Of a stretch of DNA of 64,000 nt, positions 40,827-50,966 are shown piece after piece. The stretch is from Candidatus Saccharimonadota bacterium. GTDB lineage: Bacteria; Patescibacteriota; Saccharimonadia; Saccharimonadales; JAXHNE01. The first letter of the stretch is position 1. The number at the start of each line of letters is the position of its first letter. The position numbers and the translations under genes are program-made. The DNA lies in contig JAXHNE010000004.1 of the NCBI GenBank assembly GCA_034520885.1, positions 9,983 to 73,982 on the forward strand, written 5' to 3'. The notes beneath the pieces are model-generated. The model ran no database searches, had not been told where the DNA came from, and saw only the letters and a program-made list of their open reading frames with translations.

Positions 40827-41553
40827 TTATATCCGCTGTGGACGATAGGAAACTTGAGAGGATCGACTCCTAGTACGAGAGGACCGGAGTGGACGCACCG
40901 CTGGTGTACCAGTTGTTCTACCAAGGGCATTGCTGGGTAGCTATGTGCGGATCGGATAAGCGCTGAAAGCATATAAAGCACGAAGCCGACCTCAAGATTA
41001 GGTTTCCCCATGAGGACCGTGATAGACGATCACGTTGATAGGCGCAAGGTGGAAGCATCGTGAGATGTGGAGCCGAAGCGTACTAATAGTCCCATTGACT
41101 TTTTACGACCAGAACAGACACACCGTTCTTGAAAAGCCAGGCCAAGCCTGACTTTTCCAAGAACTTCTGGCGCATTGCACAGTTTTCACCTGTGGGACGC
41201 GTGAGTAGTATTTTCATACAACTCACTTGCGTTTCCTCGGCGATAAACTGCACACTGCATCCAGATGTGCCCGTTCTGGAATTGTTTGTGTGACTTGTTC
41301 CGTTAGAGTTAGGATTACTTGTAATCCGTTAGCTCTTTTCGGGATTGACTAGTTATTGGTGCTTTATCAGCACTGCCTGTCTACCGAAAGGTAGGTTTGC
41401 CTTAACAGTTCATCTTTATCCGTGCACTTTTAGTGGACATCGACTAGCGCTAGTCAGCGCGAGTTAAAAAGTTCATAAAGTTATAAAGTAAAAAGTACGT
41501 TTAAGACTTTTCGACTTTCGACTTTATGCTTTGGACTCGACGACTACCGTCGT

Positions 41554-41663
41554 CGGTGCCCACAGCGCAAGGGAGACACCTGTTCCCATACCGAACACAG
41601 AAGTTAAGCCTTGCTGCGGTTACAATACTTGGGGTTCACCCCTGGGAAAATAGCACGGTGCCG
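41554..41663 (+). rRNA. rrf: 5S rRNA
   Basis: CCCATACCGAACACAGAAGTTAAGCC is the loop B/helix III consensus. Helix I forms as CGGUGCC/GGUGCCG (two G:U). It is ~110 nt and lies ~445 nt after 23S. Confidence 0.8.
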
Positions 41664-41675
41664 AATTATATAAAA

Positions 41676-41705
41676 GCCATCCGAAAGGGTGGCTTTTATC
41701 TTTTT
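41676..41705 (+). terminator. rho-independent terminator of the 23S-5S unit
   Basis: gccatcc gaaa gggtggc followed by ttttatcttttt. Confidence 0.7.
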
Positions 41706-41876
41706 AGAGCCGTGCTATTTTCCCGGAGAACCCCAGTATTAACTCAAGAATTATAATTGACATAAACGCAATGTAGTGCTATCATAAGCACATTCGAAGG
41801 AATAGAGGGTTTCGCTCACAAAGGGCGGAGCCCTTTTATTTTTATCGAGAGACAATATTAATAGGAGGCCTCACAA

Positions 41877-42074
41877 ATGGCAGGAACTAAAAACGGCGGG
41901 CGCGCAGCCGCTACAACCAATAAAACTAAGTACGGCGCTGATTTTTACGCAAAAATTGGTGCCAAGGGCGGTAAGCTCGGAAAGACGGGCGGTTTTTACG
42001 CGAATCGCGATCTGGCCCGTAAGGCCGGCGCCAAAGGCGGACGTATTTCACGCCGCACCAAGAAGACCGCTTAA
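41877..42074 (+). CDS. KGG-repeat general stress protein (YciG/Con-10-like)
   Basis: 65 aa with repeated KGG / GGK motifs: AKIGAKGGKLGKTGGFYANRDLARKAGAKGGRI. Confidence 0.6.
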   Translation: MAGTKNGGRAAATTNKTKYGADFYAKIGAKGGKLGKTGGFYANRDLARKAGAKGGRISRRTKKTA

Positions 42075-42099
42075 GCGATTCACCTCGCGTAGGCAACAA

Positions 42100-42126
42100 A
42101 AGTCCCCGGCAAAGCCGGGGACTTGT
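42100..42126. terminator. bidirectional terminator between KGG gene and convergent metalloprotease gene
   Basis: aagtccccggc aaa gccggggactt with T/A runs on both sides. Confidence 0.6.
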
Positions 42127-42248
42127 CTTGTTCTTGGCATACTGTGGAGAGTTTGTCTCGTTGTGGTGTGTCCTCGCCGTACGTAGATACGGTTCGCTCT
42201 TTCCCGCTCAAATCAATAAAAATTACCGGGCAATTTAGCCTTTCGGGT

Positions 42249-42713
42249 TTATTTTGTGGTGGCGACTTGGCGATAGGGGCGGCAGAGTCGGGAAGTGGAT
42301 ACTTTCCACGTTTGGCGGCAGTTCGGGCAACGGTAAAGCCGATCACTTTTTGCTTGAATACCGTTATTGAGACAATCCGGACAAGTGCTGCGGGAGTGCA
42401 GCCAATCGCGGTAGGTATCCAGGCATTTTTCAATGTGTTCTTCGGGGATGTTTACCGCATAACGCTTTCCGAGTTCCTGGGCTTTACGCCAAGCGGTTAC
42501 TTCTATGCGAAGCAGTTCGAAATCCGTCGTGAAGGTGGTGTGTTCCAGTAGGGCATGAGCCAGTTCGTGCAAAAGAGTGATTCGTTGTTTGTCGTTTTCG
42601 CTGTCAAAGCAGTAGGTCACCGTCGCGCTGCCCGGCGACCAATAAAAATGTTCGCCCTCCACGAAGGTAATGTGCGGGTAGTGAGTACGCAATTTAGTGA
42701 GTAGCTTTTTCAT
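42249..42713 (-). CDS. HExxH zinc metalloprotease (SprT/ImmA-like) with C-terminal CxxC...CxxC zinc ribbon
   Basis: LLHELAHALLEH (HExxH+E), CPDC...CPNC. Confidence 0.55.
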   Translation of the reverse strand: MKKLLTKLRTHYPHITFVEGEHFYWSPGSATVTYCFDSENDKQRITLLHELAHALLEHTTFTTDFELLRIEVTAWRKAQELGKRYAVNIPEEHIEKCLDTYRDWLHSRSTCPDCLNNGIQAKSDRLYRCPNCRQTWKVSTSRLCRPYRQVATTK

Positions 42714-43556
42714 TTTAATCTAGTTTTAAAGTGCTTTTCCGGGCTGTCTTGATCCTTCGCCAGTTCATAACAGCCGTAGACTACGGCTTCTTCGGGACGG
42801 GTGGCTTGTATGATTTTCGGTAGTGTGAGCAGTGGGTTTTCATAAATTTTAAGCTCTTCCATAAGGCGATCTTGGTATTTATCAAAGTGCGCCCCGACGC
42901 CACCGCCAAAAATAATAACTTCCGGCGTAAGGGTAGCAATGACATCGATCAGCCCAATAGCGATGCCAGCGGGCAATGGTGTACCATTTACCACTGTCTT
43001 TGGGGTCGATTTCGCTGGCTAGCTTGTCGTATTTTTTCACGATTGCGCCACCGGAGGCGAAGTCTTCCCAGCGCTGGAGCTTGCCGTCGTGTTCAAAGAG
43101 CATGTGCCCGATTTCACTATCTTGCGTGGTTTTTTCTATATGGCCATTTTGAATGATGGCGCCACCAATACCCGTGCTGATAGTAACGTACATGACCCGT
43201 TTGTATTTATCGGAAACGTGCTTTGCTTCGTACAGCCCCGCTACATTACAATCGTTTTCTATAAGTACTTCGCACCCGACGATGTTTTTTACGTCGGCAC
43301 CGATGGGGACGTTCGTCCAGGTAAGGCTGCCGAAAGCTACGCCCACCCCTTGTTTGCGGTCAACTTTTCCGGCGATGGCTACCGCGCAGCGAGTAAATTT
43401 TTTTGTTGATAATTTTTCAACGTTAATGGCCAATTTGTCACGGAAGTCGTCGTATAGAACGGGGGTTTTGAACTTTACGGACCGTTTAAGCTTACCGTCG
43501 CTCGTGAAACTGGCAAGCAGCGTTTTCGTCCCTCCGATATCAATGGCCAGATACAT
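42710..43556 (-). pseudogene. ROK-family sugar kinase (glucokinase-like), apparently frameshifted
   Basis: The N-terminal 224 aa ORF carries ROK motifs (LAIDIGGTK, AVAIAGKVD, IENDCNVAGLYE, TISTGIGGAI) but ends in out-of-frame junk (WHRYWADRCHCYPYAGSYYFWRWRRGAL). The correct C-terminus (IGLIDVIATLTPEVIIFGGGVGAHF...) is in another frame, in ORF 42710-42994. The shift lies near 42990-43010. Confidence 0.5.
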
Positions 43557-43678
43557 GTGTTCAGTCTAGCATAGAGCACCCCGAAAACTACCTTTGACCT
43601 TTAGGGGTAAAACGGATATAATTAGAGTAAATCTGATCGGAGTTACGGCTTACGGGCCGCCGCAGTAACGAAGGAGGC

Positions 43679-44752
43679 ATGTATAACATGTCAAAGAATA
43701 ATGCAGTGACCATGGACGAGCTGCTCGAGTCCAACGAGGTTACACAATTCAAAGCGGGCGATGTGGTCGAAGGGACGGTCATGTCGGTCAAAAAACACGA
43801 AGTGTGGGTTGACTTGGGCGCCAATGGCGTTGGAGTCGTGCTACGCCGGGAAGTCGGCCGTGGCAAAAAACTGGAGGAAGGGCAACAAGTGTCCGCCAGT
43901 GTTATTGACCCGGAGATAGAGGACGGGTACGCGCTGTTAAGCATGCGCCGGGCCGCCAAGGATCGTGGATGGGACGAATTGCAAAAGCTATTTGAAGCCG
44001 AGGAAATCGTGACGGTAAACCCTTATGACGCTAACCGCGGCGGGTTATTGGTGGAACTGGAAGGCATACGCGGCTTTTTGCCGGTGTCACAGCTGGCCGC
44101 CGGGCATTACCCCCGCGTTTCGGGCGCTGACAAAGACGAAATACTCCAAAAGCTGAATAAGCTACTGGATAAAGATATTCGCGTGCGCATTTTGGATATA
44201 AGCCGCAAGGAAAACAAACTGATCTTTTCCGAAAAAGAGGCCATCAAGGACGATATGCAAGAACGGTTCGCCAAGATGAACGTCGGTGACACCGTAAAAG
44301 GCGTAATTACCGGAGTGATTGACTTTGGCGCGTTCGTGAATGTCGACGGCGTTGAAGGCTTGATCCATATTTCGGAAATTTCCTGGGATCGCGTTGAAGA
44401 CCCCAAGGATTACGTAAAGGTGGACGATACGGTAGAGGCCAAGATTATCTCCATTGATAAAGACCGTTTGTCGCTGAGCCTGAAGCAAATGCAGGAAGAC
44501 CCATGGCTGAACGAGGTGAAATCCTTTAAGAAGGGTGACAGCGTAGAAGGTAAAATTACCCGCATTACGCCATTCGGCGCGTTCGTGCAGCTAAGTCCAT
44601 CAGTGGAGGCCTTGGTGCATGTCAGTGAAATGGGCGAAGGTGAAGGCGTTGATCCGGAAAAGATTTTCCAGCTGAACGAAAAGAAGAAGTTCAAGGTGAT
44701 CGATGTTGACACTGAAGCTCGTAAAATTGCTTTGAGCCTCAAAGACGCGTAA
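43679..44752 (+). CDS. rpsA: 30S ribosomal protein S1 (short, four S1 domains)
   Basis: Four repeats of the S1 fold: GDVVEGTV...V, GGLLVELEGIRGFLPVSQ, GDTVKGVITGVIDFGAFVNV...GLIHISEIS and GDSVEGKITRITPFGAFVQL...LVHVSEM. Confidence 0.85.
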   Translation: MYNMSKNNAVTMDELLESNEVTQFKAGDVVEGTVMSVKKHEVWVDLGANGVGVVLRREVGRGKKLEEGQQVSASVIDPEIEDGYALLSMRRAAKDRGWDELQKLFEAEEIVTVNPYDANRGGLLVELEGIRGFLPVSQLAAGHYPRVSGADKDEILQKLNKLLDKDIRVRILDISRKENKLIFSEKEAIKDDMQERFAKMNVGDTVKGVITGVIDFGAFVNVDGVEGLIHISEISWDRVEDPKDYVKVDDTVEAKIISIDKDRLSLSLKQMQEDPWLNEVKSFKKGDSVEGKITRITPFGAFVQLSPSVEALVHVSEMGEGEGVDPEKIFQLNEKKKFKVIDVDTEARKIALSLKDA

Positions 44753-44787
44753 GTGATGTAGATAACGAAGCCAGAAAGGAGACGAAT

Positions 44788-46548
44788 ATGGCACGAACAA
44801 TTCAAATTCAGGACCATATTACCGTCGGTGATCTGGCTGAAGAGTTGATGATGCCCACGACCGAGCTGATTGCCGAGCTCATGAAAAACGGCGTCATGGC
44901 CACGGTGAACGAACAGTTGGACTATGACACCGTGGAAATCATGCTGGAAGAAATGGGCATGGACGTGGAGTTGCAGCGGAAAAGTTCCGAAGAAGAGGAA
45001 GCTCCCGCCCGCAAAAAGAAGACATATAGCGATAAGGCCCAAGAACGGCCGCCGGTTATCGCGGTAATGGGGCACGTGGATCACGGCAAAACGTCACTCC
45101 TGGATGCCATTCGTGAAGCTGATGTGGCCACCGGTGAATCGGGCGGAATCACGCAACACATTTCCGCCTATCAAATTACGCACGATGACCGCCGGGTGAC
45201 ATTTTTGGATACGCCGGGGCATGAAGCCTTCGCCGCCCTGCGTGAGCACGGAGCACAACTGACCGATCTGGCGATATTGGTGGTCGCGGCCGACGACGGT
45301 ATTAAGCCGCAAACGCTGGAAGCCATTCGTTTTGCCCAAAAAGCAGGGGTCAAGATGATCGTGGCCATGAACAAAGTCGACAAACCGGACGCCGACTTAA
45401 ACAAATTGAAACAACAACTGGCCGATAACAACCTGCTCATCGAAGAGTGGGGAGGCGATACCGTTGCCTTGCCGGTGTCCGCTAAGACCAAGGAGGGCAT
45501 AAAAGAACTTTTGGATATGGTGCTGTTGACCGCTGATGTCGAAGAATTAAAGGCCGATACGGATATACCGGCCGAGGGCTTGGTGATTGAATCGCACATG
45601 GAAAAGGGTCGCGGCCCGATTGCTATCGCGCTCGTGGAAGGCGGCCAACTAAAACCCGGTGATTTTATTGTGGCCGGTGCTACCTATGCGCGAGTCCGGA
45701 ACCTGGAAGATACGCTCGGAAACCCCATAAAAACGGCCGGTCCGTCCACGCCGGTAATCATTTCCGGTTTTAAAGATTTACCGGCTTTCGGTAACGAATT
45801 CAAGGCGGTAAAGAATGAAAAGACCGCTCGCCTGGAAGTTCAGCAGGCCAAAGCTCAGAAAGCGACGGCCGCTTCCCAAGTTGGCAGTAGTGCGGATTTG
45901 ATTAATATAATGAATCGTTCTCGGGATTTGCAGCAGTTGAACGTAATCGTGAAGGCCGACGTGCAAGGGTCGCTTACCTCTGTCATTGATAGCCTTAAGT
46001 CGCTAGACACCAAAGAAGTGGCGGTTCGCGTTATTAGCTCCGGTATCGGGGCGATCAACGAAAATGATGCGTATTTGGCGCTTACCAGTAATGCGATTAT
46101 TTACGGGTTCAATGTAGAACTGCCGGCCGGTATTCGCCATAGCATAAATCGTGATAAAACCTCGGTTCGTTTATACCAAGTTATCTATGAATTAATTGAT
46201 GACGTGAAAGATGAAATGAGTAAACTCTTGGCACCGGAAGTCAAAGAAACCGACACCGGTAAACTAAAAGTACTCGCGGTGTTTAAAACCACCAAAACGG
46301 AAGTGATATGCGGCGGTGAAGTAACGAAAGGGCGCCTTGTCGCGCCGGCCTATGCCCGAATCTTCCGGGACAAAGAGCAAATTGCCGAAGCGGAAGTGAC
46401 TAACCTTAAGCGGGGCCCGCAGGACACCAAAGAGGTGCAAGAAGGCGAACAGTGCGGTGTTAACTTGGCAACCACTAACAAGCTACAGATAGAAGAAGGC
46501 GATAGACTGGAAGTCTTTACCAGAGAAGTTATTGAAAGATCACTGTAG
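44788..46548 (+). CDS. infB: translation initiation factor IF-2 (short N-terminus)
   Basis: PPVIAVMGHVDHGKTSLLDAIR, DTPGHEAF and NKVDK form the G domain. The beta-barrel domains II-IV follow. Confidence 0.95.
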   Translation: MARTIQIQDHITVGDLAEELMMPTTELIAELMKNGVMATVNEQLDYDTVEIMLEEMGMDVELQRKSSEEEEAPARKKKTYSDKAQERPPVIAVMGHVDHGKTSLLDAIREADVATGESGGITQHISAYQITHDDRRVTFLDTPGHEAFAALREHGAQLTDLAILVVAADDGIKPQTLEAIRFAQKAGVKMIVAMNKVDKPDADLNKLKQQLADNNLLIEEWGGDTVALPVSAKTKEGIKELLDMVLLTADVEELKADTDIPAEGLVIESHMEKGRGPIAIALVEGGQLKPGDFIVAGATYARVRNLEDTLGNPIKTAGPSTPVIISGFKDLPAFGNEFKAVKNEKTARLEVQQAKAQKATAASQVGSSADLINIMNRSRDLQQLNVIVKADVQGSLTSVIDSLKSLDTKEVAVRVISSGIGAINENDAYLALTSNAIIYGFNVELPAGIRHSINRDKTSVRLYQVIYELIDDVKDEMSKLLAPEVKETDTGKLKVLAVFKTTKTEVICGGEVTKGRLVAPAYARIFRDKEQIAEAEVTNLKRGPQDTKEVQEGEQCGVNLATTNKLQIEEGDRLEVFTREVIERSL

Positions 46549-46568
46549 ATATTGTATAAATATATACT

Positions 46569-48047
46569 ATGAATGAGGAGCGATTCTCGCCACGCTACGG
46601 CGAAGAATCACATGACGATACACAGCCGGGACGCAGCCGTTTTGAATCGGTAGTGGATTTCTTGCGTCGTTCGCGCGAAAAGGATGACGAAAATGAAGAT
46701 GATGACGCCGAAAAAGGTACTCGCCGTAAAAAAGGAAAAAGCTCGCGCTGGCGTCGTTTTTTGGGCCGAATGTTCGGTGGTGGCGAACAAGAAGCGGACG
46801 GGCGGTCAGCCGATCCCGAACGGTCGGCCCGCGCACCGCTCATTTCCTTGGAGCCGCTGCAAGCCAAACGGCAAGATAAAGCACCCGAAGAACCAACGCC
46901 ACAAGAAGCCCAAGAAACTTCACGAAGTGAGTCCGAACCGGCGTTAGCAGAAGAGTCATCAAGGCCAAACCCGAGCGAAGAAAACCCGGAAGATAATGAG
47001 CTGAATTCAGAGCGGGATACTCCCGGTATCTCTGAGGCCGAAGCAAAGCGATCTCGGGGGGTCAACCCGGATAACGAAACCCCGGAAGAGCCCGAAACTC
47101 AATCGCCAAATACGACACTCATTGAGCGAAATGAAAGCCAAACCGAAAAAGACAATGAGCAAGACCGTGGTAGAACCGGAAACGCTACCGGAGCTTTATT
47201 GGCGCTGGATTACTTGAATTATCGGGGGCGTAAGAAGTTAGAGCGCAAGCTGGAGAGCGAACAACGTGAACAAAATAAACAATTACGGGATTCCAAGGAG
47301 CAATTACAACACCAAAAGGAGCAGCTAGGCGCGCAACGGACGGAGTTAGCCGCTGCGCGCCAAAGAAAAAATGCCGAACAAAAACCCTTAGAAGCCCCGC
47401 GAGAACCGGAGCGACCCCCGGCTGCACCAGAGGTGGACGAGAAAACTCCCGCGGCGGAGCGCACTCCACAAAGCCCTGAGGAGCCCGAAGTCGAGGTAGT
47501 TTTTGAGCATCAGGAACTTCTTGAAACTGATAAGAACCAAAAGGAAGCGGCTCACGAGCGTGTACGGGCCGAAAATCAGGAATTGATAGAACTACGCAAA
47601 CTGCAGGAAAAAGAGCGTGACATTGCTCGTCAGCAAGCTCAGGAGCGTGAAAGGCTGGAGCTGGAGCGTCTGAAGTCGCAAGAAACCGAAAAAATTAACG
47701 AAGAGTTGCTACGCAGCGAAAGTACTTTCGTTGAGAAAGAGCACGAGCGGCACAACGAAATAAAAGATCAAAGCCAGCGGCTGGCACCCCCTACTTCGGT
47801 GGCCAGTGTCCTTCAAAAGCGCCAACCGCCAGAGTTCGGTGGAGACGATTCACTCGGAGAAACATCAAACGTACCGTTTACTAATGCAAACGCCGCCTCG
47901 GCTACCGATGTAAAAACAAAACCCCCGGATACTAAGAGTGCCGGAAGCGCTTCCGCTACTAACTTATATAAAACTGCCATAACCAGCGGGTTTATTACCG
48001 CAATAGTATTACTAGCGGCTTTTATCACCGCCGCGCTTCTGTTTTAA
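46569..48047 (+). CDS. highly charged, disordered/coiled-coil protein with C-terminal tail-anchor TM helix, hypothetical
   Basis: 492 aa. It is E/R/K/Q/P-rich and ends in ITSGFITAIVLLAAFITAALLF. Confidence 0.4.
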   Translation: MNEERFSPRYGEESHDDTQPGRSRFESVVDFLRRSREKDDENEDDDAEKGTRRKKGKSSRWRRFLGRMFGGGEQEADGRSADPERSARAPLISLEPLQAKRQDKAPEEPTPQEAQETSRSESEPALAEESSRPNPSEENPEDNELNSERDTPGISEAEAKRSRGVNPDNETPEEPETQSPNTTLIERNESQTEKDNEQDRGRTGNATGALLALDYLNYRGRKKLERKLESEQREQNKQLRDSKEQLQHQKEQLGAQRTELAAARQRKNAEQKPLEAPREPERPPAAPEVDEKTPAAERTPQSPEEPEVEVVFEHQELLETDKNQKEAAHERVRAENQELIELRKLQEKERDIARQQAQERERLELERLKSQETEKINEELLRSESTFVEKEHERHNEIKDQSQRLAPPTSVASVLQKRQPPEFGGDDSLGETSNVPFTNANAASATDVKTKPPDTKSAGSASATNLYKTAITSGFITAIVLLAAFITAALLF

Positions 48048-48176
48048 TCGCGGATTCATGGCTAAGTAGTTGTAAATATGCATAAGTATGTATAAATACT
48101 TGACTTTATTGTGTGTTTATGCTTAAATGTAATCGTCAAACAAAAACATAAACAATTTCATTTTTAAGGAATATAT

Positions 48177-49658
48177 ATGAGTGAAAAAGCCCCACAACTA
48201 CAGTATCCAGAGCAACTCACGTTTGATGATTTGCAACCTGAAAATGCAACAGATCAAATTGAGTTTTTTCATACGCTTGAAAACCCGGAAGACTTAGAGC
48301 AGCTACGTTCTGATTTTGCTGAAAGTGGCAATGATGAAGAAAAATTTGCCAAACAGTCTTCTGCGCTAGCACGGCATAATTTTGCTGATTTTATGAATGT
48401 GGAGGCTAATAAAGAAAACACCACGTCAAAGCAAATTAATGAAGCCCTTGGTAAAGACGCTGTAGATAATATACGAGACTTTTATCAGGACTTTGTGACG
48501 ATGCCCGATGATGAATTTAGAACCCGAATGATGGAGCTTCGTGAGGCTCGAACTGATAGTTTACGGGAAAAAGTGGAAAACGGTGAAGAAATCACGTATG
48601 TTCCTTGGGTTCACGGTGACTATAGTCAGTATTTAAAGCGGACCAATTTTGAGAACAAAAAACTAGTTAACGAGGCCATTTCCGCACCAGAAAAAAACGG
48701 CTCAAAAGTCATTGATTCAATAAAAGAGGAGCAAAATACTCCAAAAGTCGTAAAGCCAAATAGTGTCGTTGAGGTAGATGAGTTCAAAAATGCGGTGATT
48801 GAGCAAGACCCGAGCGCGCTTGAGGGGTTGGGCACTGTCATTGATGAGGATGCAAAAGAGAGCTACAAAAGCGTCGGTCAGGTTGGAAAACAAAAGCAAG
48901 AAATTTTAGACCATGATGAAGCAGCGCTTGCGGGCGTAGACACACTTATTGACAAGAAAGCGGAAGCTGGTGCTCTTCCGGAAGTGAAAGAACAAGAAAA
49001 ACGGCCAAAACTTTGGGAAAGAATGCGGAACAAGGCCAAGCAAGTATACGCGAAAGCTGGAGCAAAGTTTACGGAGCTCACGACATGGGCTACTGAATAC
49101 TTCGGTGATGACGAAAGAGGTAAAAGACGTACGGTGGCTACAGCGGTACTTGGCGTTGCAGCAGTGGGGCTTTTTTCGTATGCGATCAGTAAAATTGGTG
49201 AGGATGGGGGTATGACGGATACAGCAAAGGATATCATCAATGGTGGCGGAACAGGTTCTGGTGGTAGCGGAGAATCAGCTAGTGTCGGTGAAGCTGCAGC
49301 TGCAGCAACAGGAAGTTTAGCAGCCACGGCAGCTGAAGGCGTTGGCGAGGCAGACACGTCAAGCATACTAGAGCAATTTAATGTAACTGTACCGGAATTG
49401 ATCAACGCATTTAGTGAGCAAGTTCAGAGCGGAGAGGGTATTTCACATCTTTCAGAAAGGATTGGAATTAGTTTTGGCAATAATCTCGAGCAGTGGAACG
49501 CGTACAACCAGGGCGTAAGTGAGATATTGCAAGGCCTGGAAGGAACGTATAAGGGCCCCGACGGTTTGTTATATGTATCTGAAGGTGCTCAAGTACAACC
49601 TAGCCCTGAACAAATTCAACAGCTGCTTGAGTTAGCTGAAGAAGTAAAAAGTACGTAA
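48177..49658 (+). CDS. acidic protein with single internal TM helix and Gly/Ser/Ala-rich linker, hypothetical
   Basis: 493 aa. The TM is VATAVLGVAAVGLFSYAISKI. Confidence 0.4.
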   Translation: MSEKAPQLQYPEQLTFDDLQPENATDQIEFFHTLENPEDLEQLRSDFAESGNDEEKFAKQSSALARHNFADFMNVEANKENTTSKQINEALGKDAVDNIRDFYQDFVTMPDDEFRTRMMELREARTDSLREKVENGEEITYVPWVHGDYSQYLKRTNFENKKLVNEAISAPEKNGSKVIDSIKEEQNTPKVVKPNSVVEVDEFKNAVIEQDPSALEGLGTVIDEDAKESYKSVGQVGKQKQEILDHDEAALAGVDTLIDKKAEAGALPEVKEQEKRPKLWERMRNKAKQVYAKAGAKFTELTTWATEYFGDDERGKRRTVATAVLGVAAVGLFSYAISKIGEDGGMTDTAKDIINGGGTGSGGSGESASVGEAAAAATGSLAATAAEGVGEADTSSILEQFNVTVPELINAFSEQVQSGEGISHLSERIGISFGNNLEQWNAYNQGVSEILQGLEGTYKGPDGLLYVSEGAQVQPSPEQIQQLLELAEEVKST

Positions 49659-49693
49659 GAGTCTGATACAATAAACACAAACAGGAGAAGCTG

Positions 49694-50041
49694 ATGTTTA
49701 AATTAGATAACAATTTGTTGGTAGAACTGGGGCTCGGGGATTTGCCGGCCGAGGAAAAAAATAAAATGCTTGGCCATATCTACGAAACGCTGGAAATGCG
49801 CGTGGGTATGAAATTGGCCGAACAAATGAGCAATGATCAGTTGGATGAGTTCGAATCGTTCATCAACCAAAATGATGAATCAGGGGCGCTGAAGTGGTTG
49901 GAAACTAATTTTCCGGACTACAAGAAAGTGGTAGCTGAGGAGTTGGAAAAGCTTAAAGGCGAGATAAAGCAAAACGCGGCGGCAATCGTAGAAGCCAGCA
50001 AAGGTGATAACCAGCAACCAGAAGCACCGTCGCAGCAATAA
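49694..50041 (+). CDS. small acidic helical protein, hypothetical
   Basis: 115 aa with no motif. Confidence 0.35.
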   Translation: MFKLDNNLLVELGLGDLPAEEKNKMLGHIYETLEMRVGMKLAEQMSNDQLDEFESFINQNDESGALKWLETNFPDYKKVVAEELEKLKGEIKQNAAAIVEASKGDNQQPEAPSQQ

Positions 50042-50042
50042 A

Positions 50043-50966
50043 TTATTTGTTCAGTAAGTCACGATGGCCGGCGAGGAATGCCTCGGCGGTCATTTCTTTT
50101 TTGCCGGCGGGTGTAAGTTTTAGTAACTGTAGTGAATTTTGCCCGCAACAGAGGTGCAACTCGTTTTTATTTAACACAACAGTACCCGGTTTTCCGGAAA
50201 AACTGGAAACTTTTGCAGACGTAATTACAACATCTTTGCCGGCTAATTTCGTATAACTTTTTGGCCACTCATGGAAAGCGCGTATCTCTCGTTCCAACAC
50301 CTCCGCGGGTTTGTTCCAGTCAATTAAGCCGTCCTCCTTGGTGAGCTTTCGTGAATACGTGACTCGTTCCGGATGAGGTTGGTTTCTGGGGGTTAATTGC
50401 CGGGAGAGGTGTTTCGGGAGGTAACTTTTTAGCAGATTGTCGCTTAAGTTGATCAGTTTGTCGGTGAGTGAACCCGTTGTGTCGCTGGAACTAATTAGTT
50501 GGCTTTTTTGTACCAGTATTTTGCCGGTGTCCATACCTTCGTCGATTAGCATCAAAGTAACACCGGTAGATTTTTGCCCGCTTAAAATGGCGAAACTGAT
50601 TGGATCGGCACCTCTCCACTGGGGTAAACGCGAAAAATGACTGTTAATAATCCCCAGAGGAAAATAGTCGATGACGTCCCGGGAAACGATAATACCGAAA
50701 TCTATTAACACGCCCACTGGAGATGAAAGCCCACTGTTTTTTAATTTTTGGGAAAGCTCCGCTTTTGAACTGACCTCAGTAATCGGTAACTCGTGCCCTT
50801 GGGCTACATCCAAAACCGGAAAATTCCCGCGGTGACCCGGGGGTTTCGGTTTCGTGATTACCGTTTCGACATCACAATGTTTTAACAGTAACTCCAGGGA
50901 CTTTGCCGCCACCGGGCCGGTCCCAAAAAAAACGACCGGAGTTTTGGCTTTATCCCCAGAGACCAT
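50043..50966 (-). CDS. fmt: methionyl-tRNA formyltransferase
   Basis: VVFFGTGPVAAKSLELL, IINSHFSRLPQWRGADPI (SLLP-type motif) and a C-terminal tRNA-binding domain. Confidence 0.9.
   Translation of the reverse strand: MVSGDKAKTPVVFFGTGPVAAKSLELLLKHCDVETVITKPKPPGHRGNFPVLDVAQGHELPITEVSSKAELSQKLKNSGLSSPVGVLIDFGIIVSRDVIDYFPLGIINSHFSRLPQWRGADPISFAILSGQKSTGVTLMLIDEGMDTGKILVQKSQLISSSDTTGSLTDKLINLSDNLLKSYLPKHLSRQLTPRNQPHPERVTYSRKLTKEDGLIDWNKPAEVLEREIRAFHEWPKSYTKLAGKDVVITSAKVSSFSGKPGTVVLNKNELHLCCGQNSLQLLKLTPAGKKEMTAEAFLAGHRDLLNK

Noticed and set aside
41554-41663. Apparent lack of a helix I pairing in the 5S candidate.
   Set aside because: Initial inspection found no Watson-Crick complement. Allowing two G:U pairs, CGGUGCC / GGUGCCG closes helix I, so the 5S call is retained.
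42080-42433. 117 aa ORF on the minus strand downstream of the metalloprotease.
   Set aside because: It overlaps the bidirectional terminator and the 3' end of the metalloprotease gene in another frame, has low-complexity composition and no start context.
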